Source of the DNA: an uncultured Hormoscilla sp.
GTDB taxonomy: Bacteria > Cyanobacteriota > Cyanobacteriia > Cyanobacteriales > Desertifilaceae
Direction: 5' to 3'
Assembly: GCA_963921275.4 (NCBI GenBank)
Contig: OZ001293.3
Location: forward strand, 2,112,001 to 2,176,000
DNA length: 64,000 bases
The notes beneath the pieces are model-generated. The model was given only the letters and a program-made list of their open reading frames with translations. It was not told the origin of the DNA and did no database searches. Below are positions 55,160-64,000 of this stretch, piece by piece. Numbering within the stretch: the stretch's first letter is position 1; each line of letters starts with the position of its first letter. The translations under genes were made by a program, and so were the position numbers.

Positions 55160-55609
55160 TTATAGAGATTCAAGAAACGATCTCTCAGGGTGGTATCGAT
55201 CGAATCTGTATGATTTAATTTTATCGGATAGCAAGGGAAACACTGTCCAACCCAGGCCAGACTGAAAATCAGATTTATTTTCGATCGCCAGCTCCACGAT
55301 CGTAGTTAAAATGTAGCGATCGCCTTCTCCTGTTACTGCTTGCTTTATATAGTTAAGCCCCCGCATTTTATCAATTCCAAACAGAGTCTCGATCGCCGCC
55401 GCTTGGAGATAGCGATCGCCCCTTAAGAGGGACAAAATATCCGCCGCCACAGCAGCTGCCAGAGAGCTATTTATAGTTGCCAATTGGGCCAAAGCCGAAG
55501 TGGCGATAAATAACTCTTCTCCCAATGCTAATTACTTGAGAGTATCTTCCGATAAACTGCTATAATCTATCAGATCGTCTGTGAGAATAGAGAATTCATC
55601 AATTTCCAT
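55160..55609 (-). pseudogene. Hypothetical helical protein with in-frame TAA near codon 26
   Basis: GGAGG RBS, MEIDEFSILTDD..TLK*LALGEELF continues into ORF 55160-55525. Confidence 0.6.
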
Positions 55610-55662
55610 TGCTTACCCTCCTACGTTCCCTGAAAACCAGTTGACTGATTAATCAATACCAG

Positions 55663-55938
55663 TCACCTTAAATAGCGCAGATATGTTACCAACAAACCCA
55701 CCATCGAGACCACACAGGCAGCATTCCAGAGAAACAGCCACTAGGGACGCCACCAACCACCCGTGAACACTTCCACAATGTCCGATAGCCCGAAGAAAAA
55801 GAAAGTTAATGCAGCGACAATAGACCAGGTCCGACCAAGACCAGATTGTTTTATAGATCTCACAGCGAATACTGCCGCAAAGATACTCCAGATCGCCGCT
55901 TCAATATAATTACCATGTTCGTAGATTGCCTGCAACAT
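55663..55938 (-). pseudogene. Small membrane protein with internal TAG
   Basis: NYIEAAIW..FGLSDIVEVFTGGWWRP*WLFLWNAACV..YLRYLR*. Confidence 0.7.
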
Positions 55939-56191
55939 ATTTGCCAGATCGGCTGCTTGTTATGGGGACTCCGAATGAGCAAAGGTCCACCAGGACCAGA
56001 TCCCTTCACAGGTAAGGAGAAAGAAAAGCACAGTTAGTCTGATCCAAGCAGCGGGCGTCATCGCCCAAACTCGTCTTTTGTTCCCAGGTTCCATTTCTGC
56101 TCAATTCCCTTGGCCTACTTTCAGATATAATATATCTTAACATCCATTATTCTACCTGCTCCCAGGCAAGACAAGTCCTGCAAACTGACAA

Positions 56192-56905
56192 ATGAACAAC
56201 ATGCTACAAATTTCTGGGTTAAATGTATACTATGGTGAGAGCCACATTCTCCGAGAAGTGGATTTGCACCTCCCTGCTGGACAAATGGTTTGCCTAATTG
56301 GACGTAATGGTGTGGGCAAAACTACTCTCCTGAAGACAATTATGGGATTGCTCAAACCCCGCACGGGTACAATAACATTAACGGGAGAGTCGATCGCCTC
56401 TTTATCACCCGATCGACGGGCGCGTCGGGGGATAGGTTACGTTCCCCAAGGACGGGAAATAATCCCTCGGTTAACAGTGAAGGAAAACTTGTTGCTGGGT
56501 TTAGAGGCCCGTCCAGGTGGGATAAAAAAGGCCGATCAGGCAATTCCCCAGGAGATATTGGAGTTATTTCCAGTCTTAGAAACAATGCTGTCGCGCCTGG
56601 GGGGGGATCTGAGTGGCGGACAACAGCAACAATTGGCGATCGCCCGGGCCTTAATGGGGCGTCCGCAGCTACTCTTATTAGACGAACCCACAGAAGGCAT
56701 ACAACCTTCAATCATATTAGAAATAGAGGCAGCAGTGAGCCGCATCATTGCTGCCACAGGCATTTCCGTCTTATTAGTAGAACAACACCTGCACTTTGTC
56801 CGGCAAGCAGATTGGTACTATGCTATGCAAAAGGGAGGTATTGTCGCTTCTGGCTCGACCGATGAACTCAGCAACAATGTGATTCAAAGATTTCTCGCAG
56901 TGTAA
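56192..56905 (+). CDS. urtE: Urea ABC transporter ATP-binding subunit UrtE
   Basis: YYGESHILR, GRNGVGKTT, YVPQGREI, LSGGQQQQLAIARAL, DEPTEGIQPSII. Confidence 0.88.
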   Translation: MNNMLQISGLNVYYGESHILREVDLHLPAGQMVCLIGRNGVGKTTLLKTIMGLLKPRTGTITLTGESIASLSPDRRARRGIGYVPQGREIIPRLTVKENLLLGLEARPGGIKKADQAIPQEILELFPVLETMLSRLGGDLSGGQQQQLAIARALMGRPQLLLLDEPTEGIQPSIILEIEAAVSRIIAATGISVLLVEQHLHFVRQADWYYAMQKGGIVASGSTDELSNNVIQRFLAV

Positions 56906-56990
56906 TAGAAAATTGTGAATGGAAAATTGTGAATCGAGAATTGTGAATAGCAAATTGAGCAACTGTAGGTTGGGTTTCGTGCCTCAACCA

Positions 56991-57251
56991 AACAGCAACC
57001 ACCGATGAATAACGGCACAAAACCTAACAGCAACCATAGTAGGGTGGGCAGTGCCCACTTTACGTTTGATTGAGCAATTAGCAATGAACCATTAGCAATG
57101 AACTATTAGTTGAGGCACGAAACCCAACAGCAACTACCGATGAATAACGGCACAAAACCTAACAGCAACCACAGTAGGGTGGGCAGTGCCCACTTTACGT
57201 TTGATTGAGCAATTAGCAATTAGCAATGAACCATTAGCAATGAACTATTAG
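56991..57251. repeat. Two ~120-bp direct repeats containing GTAG-type REP hairpins
   Basis: AACAGCAAC..CCGATGAATAACGGCAC..GTAGGGTGGGCAGTGCCCAC..GAACTATTAG at 56991-57108 and 57125-57251. Confidence 0.85.
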
Positions 57252-57907
57252 CTACGATCGGCTTCGGCGCTCAACTTCACCAGGGATTTATTTCGGTGAA
57301 ACAGGGCCTCTCGATCGTCTGGTTGGAGTTTGAGGGCTTCGTCGCAGGAGGCGATCGCCTCTTGATAGCGACCGAGGTGAAAGAGGGCGATGGCCTGCTG
57401 AGTCCAGGCGCTAGGCAGGTTAGGTTGGAGTTTCAACACCTGATGCCAATTGCCGATCGCATCATTGTAGCGCTCCGTTACCATCAGCATATTGCCCCTC
57501 CATAACCAAGCTTCATGTCGAAGGGGTTCAATTGCCACAGCCTTTTCATAGCTGGCGATCGCCTCATCATAGCGCTTTAAAGCACCCAGCAGAGTGCCCC
57601 GGTTTAACCAGGGGTCATAGGAATGTGGTTGAATCTCTAAAGCCCGATCGTAGCAAGCGAGGGCTTCTTCATAGGGATTTAAGTTCTTCAAGGCCACGCC
57701 CCGATTACTCCAAGCAATGTCGTATTCTGGTTGAATCTCTAAAGCCCGATCGTAGCTAGCAACGGCCTCTTCATAGCGGCCCAAGTTACTCAGGGCCAAA
57801 GCGCGATTCGCCCAAGCTTCATAGAGGTCGGGTTTGAGGCTCAGGGCCTGGTCCCAACAGCCGATCACCCCTTGATAATTCTGCGCGTCAAATTGCTCAT
57901 TACCCTG
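57248..57907 (-). pseudogene. TPR-repeat protein interrupted at its 5' end by an IS605 derivative
   Basis: Repeated AWxNRGxALxxLGRYEEAxASYDRALEIQP; QGNEQF abuts the IS right end. Confidence 0.8.
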
Positions 57908-58427
57908 TTGACACTCCCTGCGTTCTTTACGACGGGGATTCTCTGTTCAGCGAGTCTCCGTTAGCCAGCAGGGCGGACCCAACCAGCCAAGAGGGAGTCT
58001 CTTCGGGAGCGTATATTTTCGTGTGCCCCACGATATTTAGGGTACGAATGGCCTCGTCAATGGCTTCGTACTGATGGGGTTTAGCTTTAATCTTGAACTC
58101 TTGTACTATCATGACCTTATACTAGCACGCTTGGCATAAGACAGGGACTAAAGTCCCCCTCACAGGGGTAGGTTTTTACCATTAGGTTTGTTTGAGGGGG
58201 TAAAAGGGTGAAGGAGTGAGGGGGTGAAGAGGATATTTTCTTAAATATACTTAAATATATATAGACGATTGTGAGATGAGACAGCTTCGGAGTCCCCCAC
58301 TCTCCCACTCTCCCCCTCACAAGGATCTCTCAAAATGAAAAACCTGCCCTTGTAAGCTAAAGTCCCCTGGGTCGCTTTTCATCCCTGCTCTAAAGAGACA
58401 GGGCTTTCAAGCGACCACCAAACTTTC
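57908..58427 (-). mobile_element. Internally deleted IS200/IS605 (tnpB) non-autonomous element
   Basis: TnpB-like N-terminus (MIVQEFKIKAKPHQYEAIDEAIRT) fused to its C-terminus (VGHTKIYA..NRESP); right end GGGAGTGTCAA; hairpin left end directly after TTTAC. Confidence 0.85.
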
Positions 58428-58467
58428 GTAAAGCGAGTAAAAAATATTTCGTCAGGCCAGCATCGAC

Positions 58468-60426
58468 ATGAATTACGAACCCCTGCACCAGAAGTATCGC
58501 CCCCAGACTTTCGCCCAACTGGTGGGACAAGAGGCGATCGCCACCACCTTAAGCAACGCCCTGCGCACCAACCGGATCGCCCCCGCCTACCTATTTGCCG
58601 GTCCCCGAGGCACTGGCAAAACCTCCAGCGCCCGCATTCTCGCGAAATCTCTCAACTGTTTGAGCAGCAATGGACCTACCGATACCCCTTGCGGCGAATG
58701 TCAGATGTGCCAATCAATTATCAAAGGCACATCTCTAGACGTAATCGAAATTGACGCCGCTAGCAACACTGGGGTTGATAATATCCGAGAACTGATCGAA
58801 AAAGCACAATTCGCCCCAGTCCAAGGTCGCTACAAAGTATACACAATAGACGAAACCCATATGCTTAGCGTATCCGCATTCAACGCGATGCTCAAGACAT
58901 TAGAAGAACCCCCAGAACGAGTAGTCTTTGTGCTAGCAACAACTGACCCTCAAAGAGTTTTGCCTACCATCATCTCTCGCTGTCAGCGATTTTATTTTCG
59001 TCGCATTCCTTTAGCAGCAATGGTAAAGCATTTGAGGCACATTGCCGAGGGAGAAAACATCGCCATTACTGATGAAGCTATTACCCTAGCTGCCCAAATT
59101 TCCCAAGGGGGACTGCGGGATGCCGAAAGTTTACTCGATCAACTCAGCTTACAGCCCGGTGAGGTGAGGCCAGAACATGTCTGGGATTTGGTGGGTTCGG
59201 TGCCAGAACGGGATTTGCTTGCCCTGATAAGCGCGATCGCATCTGACGATAACCTGAGTTTACTCGCACAATGCCGATCGATCGTCGAGCGCGGCAAGGA
59301 ACCGGCGATCGTCCTGCAAAACATCGCCAGTTTCTACCGAGATTTACTAATTGCCAAAACTGCACCCCAGCGGAGTGATTTAGTGGCGATGACTCCCCCC
59401 ACTTGGGAGGCATTATGTAAGTTAGCTGACAAGTTTTCCCCATCAATTATTTTAGCAGGACAAAAGCACCTCAAAGATAGTGAATATCAAATCAAACACA
59501 CTACCCAACCCAGTTTATGGTTAGAAGTGACCCTGTTGGGTTTGTTGCCATCAGCCCTCACTCAACAGCCTGATCGCAATAGCAAAAAGGTTTCTCAGGC
59601 TGCAAATAAAACTATAACATCTTCACAGCCAGAAAAAACAGATCGCAGTTCTCCACCCGTAGGAAAACCTCCCCAAAGTGTGATCGCCTCTGCAGCTTCT
59701 GAGAACAAATCTCCTGCTGCACCAACAGCAAATCCGGTGGCGGAACCTAGGGCTAAAGTTGAACCGATGGAGATGCCTGAGTCAGTTGAATACGAGCAAA
59801 TTTGGCAACAGGCAATTAAGGAGATCGAAGTGAACAGCACTCGCACGATGCTAATTCAACACGGACAGCTACTGGCAATTGAGAGTTCTACTGTTATAGT
59901 TAGCATCAGATCAAAGCCCTTGCTGGATATGGTTAAGAATTCTTTACCCAAAGTGGAAACTGCCTTTTCCACAGTTCTCCAGCGCCCCGTCAAGGTAAAT
60001 TTAGTAGTAGCATCAGCCCAGCAGTCTCAACCTGCTGCTGTTAAACAGCCGCCATCCCCCACAAACACCCGTCCGACAACAGAAACAAACCAGCCGGCGG
60101 TGTCCGGAGCGTGCCGATCGCGTAGCGTGCGCGCAGCGCATGTCCTTCAGGACAAGAGCACGCTCCAGACGCCGGACGCAGCCAACTCGGAAAAGGCGAT
60201 CATTACCAAAGAATCTGCCAGGATGCAAGCCCTCCGCCAGGAGAAAAAGGCTGTGACGGAAGCTGCTGAAAGCTTGGCTACATCTTTCGGCGGAGAGTTG
60301 ATATCCTTGTCCTCAGAGTTCCTCAACCAAACCCCCGTCGAGAGAACCCATCCCAAAGCTACCGACCAGCAGCAACCCGATCGGGTTGCAGAAGAGGATG
60401 ATGAAGAAGATGAGATCCCCTTCTAA
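58468..60426 (+). CDS. dnaX: DNA polymerase III subunit gamma/tau
   Basis: KYRPQTF, GPRGTGKTS, EIDAASN, LKTLEEPP, SRCQ, C-terminal EIPF. Confidence 0.96.
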   Translation: MNYEPLHQKYRPQTFAQLVGQEAIATTLSNALRTNRIAPAYLFAGPRGTGKTSSARILAKSLNCLSSNGPTDTPCGECQMCQSIIKGTSLDVIEIDAASNTGVDNIRELIEKAQFAPVQGRYKVYTIDETHMLSVSAFNAMLKTLEEPPERVVFVLATTDPQRVLPTIISRCQRFYFRRIPLAAMVKHLRHIAEGENIAITDEAITLAAQISQGGLRDAESLLDQLSLQPGEVRPEHVWDLVGSVPERDLLALISAIASDDNLSLLAQCRSIVERGKEPAIVLQNIASFYRDLLIAKTAPQRSDLVAMTPPTWEALCKLADKFSPSIILAGQKHLKDSEYQIKHTTQPSLWLEVTLLGLLPSALTQQPDRNSKKVSQAANKTITSSQPEKTDRSSPPVGKPPQSVIASAASENKSPAAPTANPVAEPRAKVEPMEMPESVEYEQIWQQAIKEIEVNSTRTMLIQHGQLLAIESSTVIVSIRSKPLLDMVKNSLPKVETAFSTVLQRPVKVNLVVASAQQSQPAAVKQPPSPTNTRPTTETNQPAVSGACRSRSVRAAHVLQDKSTLQTPDAANSEKAIITKESARMQALRQEKKAVTEAAESLATSFGGELISLSSEFLNQTPVERTHPKATDQQQPDRVAEEDDEEDEIPF

Positions 60427-60487
60427 TGGAAAATTGTGAATTTGGGCAGGCATGGAGCATTAACCATTTTCCGTTAAGTATTCGCAA

Positions 60488-61030
60488 TCATTCATAAAGA
60501 TAGCGTACCCCCAAATGATGAGCTATCTTATCTAGAAGCAGCTCTTCTGGGAAAGGCTTACTGATAAAATTATCCCAAGTATTGGGAAAGGCAATTACCT
60601 GGTCTGACTCCCAAGCATTAGCAGTCATAGCAACGATAGCTGTTGCCTGACCTTTGAGCTTAGATATAATATGGTTAGTAGCCTCATAGCCATCCATCAC
60701 GGGCATCCGCAGATCCATCAAGATTAGGTAGGATGACCTAGTTGACCAGACATTAATTGCTTCTTCACCATTGGCCGCTTCTAGCACTTCAAAGCCTAGG
60801 GATGTCAGCAGCTTTACTAGCCTTTTGCGGTCGGACCAGCAGTGGGAAGCTACGAGCAGGCGATATCTAGGTTGTTCCGTTCAAGAGCGATCGCCCGCCT
60901 TTTTGGCATTTGCATCTGCACCTCAGGCGCAGATGCCAGATCGACTTGGATATCAAAAGTAAAAGTACTGCCCATACCACCTCTACTGTTAACAGTAATA
61001 TCTCCGCATCTAGGCTGCACCACCACAACA
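60488..61030 (-). pseudogene. C-terminal remnant of a hybrid histidine kinase (HATPase end plus receiver)
   Basis: GDITVNSRGGMGSTFTFDI; EAANGEEAI..ILMDLRMPVMDGYEAT..SKPF. Confidence 0.75.
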
Positions 61031-61222
61031 GGCCCAAGGCCAAAAAGTAAAAAACTGCCAGTCCGATAGAGTTAACCCCTTTTCTTCCTATTCTCAACCC
61101 CGATCGCGTAGCGTGCGCGCAGCGCATTCGATGGAAATTACCTGAATTTTTGGTTGTTGCTTTTTAACAACTCACCCGCTCTAGGCGATCCGGGAGGCGC
61201 GCTCTTCGCTGTTAATGCTGCT

Positions 61223-61660
61223 TTAACCTGGGCAAACACACTCAGCCAGTCTCCCAGTTTTGTTTGACGATCGGGGCCGCATTGTCGGATACCAAGGGCT
61301 ATTTGATCGATCTAGGAACCAGCGCCAGTCAGGAGAAAAAGGTAGCAGCACCCAGACAGGTTTTCCTAAAGCACCTGCTAGATGGGCAACTGCTGTATCT
61401 ACAGAAATTACTAAGTCTAATTGTGAGATAACAGCAGCAGTATCAGCGAAGTCATTCAACAGCTCTCTTAAATCCTGTATAGGTGCCCCATCCAGGATAT
61501 CTGTATATTCCTTTTGCAAACTATAAAGAGAAATCCCTGGTATCTGCGACAGTTCCAGAAACAGGGAAACCGGACAAGACCGCTTGCTAGCTGTAAGACT
61601 TTTAGCATTAACAGCCCACACAATGCCGACTTTTACCTCTCCTTCCCTTCGTAGTAAGAT
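61223..61660 (-). pseudogene. C-terminal glycosyltransferase (GT9-like) fragment of a TPR-GT protein
   Basis: KVGIVWA, YSLQK, DFADTAAVISQLDLVISVDTAVAHLAGALGKPVW, DWRW, SPWYPTMR. Confidence 0.8.
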
Positions 61661-61685
61661 ACACTTTATGGCGTCCTTCTCTTCA

Positions 61686-61970
61686 GCGTACAAATTGCTG
61701 GGAATTATTGCTTATCGGACGAGGGAATACGATCGGGCGATCAACTATTTCCAACAGGTGATGTCTATAAAGCCAAATTGGCATGAGACTTATAATAATC
61801 TGGGGGCTTGCTTCTGGGAACAGGGAAAAATAGAACAGGCGATCGCTGCCTACAAACAGGCGATCGCAGTGAAGCCTGATTATCTTGATGCTTATGATAA
61901 CCTGGCTTTTGCCCTGGAAAAACAGGGCAAAAGATTAGATATGCGCGAGACGCACCCCAAAATGGCCTAG
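61686..61970 (+). pseudogene. TPR fragment
   Basis: AYKLLGIIAY, TYNNLG, AIAAYKQAIAVKPDY; no convincing start. Confidence 0.7.
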
Positions 61971-62109
61971 TTTAGCCCTCCCATGGCCCAGGAACAGCCC
62001 GGCCTGCTTTAGTCAAAAATGAGCCTAAGCTAGCCAGGTTAAGACAGAACCAGAAAAAGATATATTACCATGACCGGGTGCTACCTCAGAATACGTCCAG
62101 CTAACAATT

Positions 62110-62300
62110 TCAGGAAACAGTAACATTATTAGTAGTAACGACCAACACCGGCTGTTCTTTGTCAGAAGCAGTACCGTCAATTTCGATAACCTGACCTTTA
62201 GCAACGGGGGCCCAGGGAGACAATAGCGGCGGGGCGGCAGGCATAAGCGGTGCCCTGTTTGTCTTTAAAGGGACCGTCAGAATGACCAACTCTCAGTATA
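62110..62300 (+). pseudogene. Fragment of a Gly-rich beta-helix surface protein
   Basis: QHRLFFVRSSTVNFDNLTFSNG..GGAAGISGALFVFKGTVRMTN spread over broken frames. Confidence 0.5.
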
Positions 62301-62518
62301 GCATAAAAAAGTAATTTTATGTATCAGAGACGAAAAAAACCTAAATATCCGTAAAGTCTAAGTAAGTAGGTAATTTATATTTGTTAAGATTTGTTAAATA
62401 GGTCGCAACTTGAGTTATGATAGACTTCGGTGCGACTCGTTCCGGCGTAAGTCAGAAATATGACGATAGTCGGGCTAGTATTACACCAGCACCTCAAAAT
62501 CAATTCAGCAACCAAAAA

Positions 62519-64000
62519 ATGAAGCATAAATCTTTTACCAACACCATCGTAGTAGTGGATGCCTCCCTAGAAAACTACCAGCAGCTTATAGACGGCATCC
62601 GGCCTGGGGCCAAATCTTTCCTCTTAGATCTTCGGTCCGATGGCATCAAACAGATCGGCGAACTTCTCCGACAGCATAAAGAAACAGAGGTTCTGCACCT
62701 ACTTTCCCACGGCAGCCCTGGCTGTCTGTATCTGGGAAACTCCCAACTGAGTTTGGATGGGGTCGAGCCGGGAATCGCTTCCCGACCCTCCCTTGAGGAA
62801 CCGGACTTGCGATTTTCACCGCATCCGGCTACTGGGTACTAGGCCCTTTTCATAGGTAGACTTAATAGGAATTACTTCCGTTAGCCCTTGCCGCCTGTCT
62901 TTTCTTCCCTTTCCTGGTTTAGCGAGTGGTTGTTCTGATAACCGTTAGTATCACCATTTTCAAGTCAGTTTTACCAGTTATCCATACCTTATCCTCCACT
63001 TGCGTTTCGGATTAGTTCCGTGGCTTTTTAGGATTACTCATTCCAGCAGCTTCCTAGTATCACCGACCCACGTCAGCGCTGGCTACCCAGCATCATCTAC
63101 ATTACTGTAGATGTTATCCCAGGAATTACCCCGGGCATTCGCTTCTTGGGCCATCCCTCCCCCCGTGGCTTGCGCTTAACATCTAACTTGTCCTGATGGA
63201 CAGCACACGAGAGGTTACTTCGTTCCCTAACAACATTTCGCGATACCTTTAGGTCCACACTATACCCCGGGAGCTATTTGAGTACTATATTAGCCAGAGT
63301 CTAAAACTAATACTAGCTACCATTTCCTTTTTAGGCCAGCGCATATAGCCTTATTTCGCTGGTTCCTTATAACGAGGCTTGCACATGTTTGCCTGCTCTA
63401 ACCTTGGATATCTTTCCTAGCGGCGTCACCGGCTTAGGCTGCCAGTTATCCTACATTTGAGTCCTCGCTTAGCACCACGATGATGTCGCTTCGTAGCACC
63501 GAGGACCGGTGTCACCCCCGTACCTGGGGGGAGGGGAATTTAACCCCCATGCGGTCAGAGTTCCCGGCTAATGAAACCGGGCTAGCGTTCCGTGTTTGAC
63601 CACGTTAGGCTAGAACGAATCGCACAGATCCTCTAGGAGATTACGCCTCTACCCTGCAGAAGTGGAAGGTAAAACAACTCCTACTCTACGGCTGTAACGT
63701 CGCCGCCGGAGATGCAGGAGAGGAGTTGATGACTAAGCTACAGGCCCTGACCGGGGCATCCCTCGCCGCCTCTACTACCCGGACAGGGGCAGCAGCCCGG
63801 GGCGGAAATTGGAAGTTGGAGTGGCGAACTCCGGGGATGAAAACTCCCTTAGCATTGTCCGCAGAAGCTCAGATGGCCTATGGGGGCATATTGATCTCCC
63901 AGCAGGAGTATCAGGCCTTAAGGGCTCTCTATCAAAGCACCAATGGGGCTTCTTGGATTAACAATACAGGCTGGCGGGACTGGAATTTCAACAGCCTAAC
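62519..64000 (+). pseudogene. DUF4347-domain surface protein with probable LRR N-cap, interrupted by an antisense group II intron; runs off the window
   Basis: IVVVDASL..DGIKQI..LHLLSHGSPGCLYLG..QLSL|DPL..LLYGCNVAAG..GGNWKLE..ALRALYQSTNGASWINNTGW. Confidence 0.85.
62755..63625 (-). mobile_element. ORF-less group II intron (871 nt), antisense to its host gene
   Basis: Minus-strand 5' GTGCGATTCGTTCTAG; domain V AGCCGGATGCGGTGAAAATCGCAAGTCCGGTTC; collinear with the prfC intron; removal restores AGT TT|A GAT CCT. Confidence 0.93.

Overview
64-kb chromosomal window from a cyanobacterium, judged from dense GCGATCGC HIP1 sites, PAM68, Ycf37-like TPR, rimO-crhR and cyanobacterial heptamer and GTAG-type repeats. 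Housekeeping genes (crhR, prfC, cysC, rpmI/rplT, ruvA, rpsO, DAHP synthase, nadA, UvrD-like helicase, urtE, dnaX, tRNA-Gln) are interleaved with about 20 broken genes, consistent with an eroding, possibly host-associated genome (inference). The most striking content is a layer of small non-autonomous mobile elements. (1) A family of ORF-less group II introns: an 851-nt copy in sense inside prfC whose EBS1/EBS2 match the exon and whose removal restores a 540-aa RF3; an 871-nt copy with different EBS sequences inserted antisense in a DUF4347/LRR gene; and a 5' fragment. (2) A 24-bp mini-element in at least 8 copies, three in-frame inside genes, with an empty-site control in the same window. (3) Nested palindromic elements inserted in-frame in proteins. 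(4) At least six MITE types, including one TIR family with 9-bp TSDs and different cargo per copy. (5) An internally deleted IS605/TnpB element and a dead IS630. Also present: tRNA-Gln followed by three 78-bp tandem partial copies, a decaying toxin-antitoxin/NACHT island, and a two-domain ceruloplasmin-like multicopper oxidase. All calls come from reading the sequence by eye; no database searches were run.
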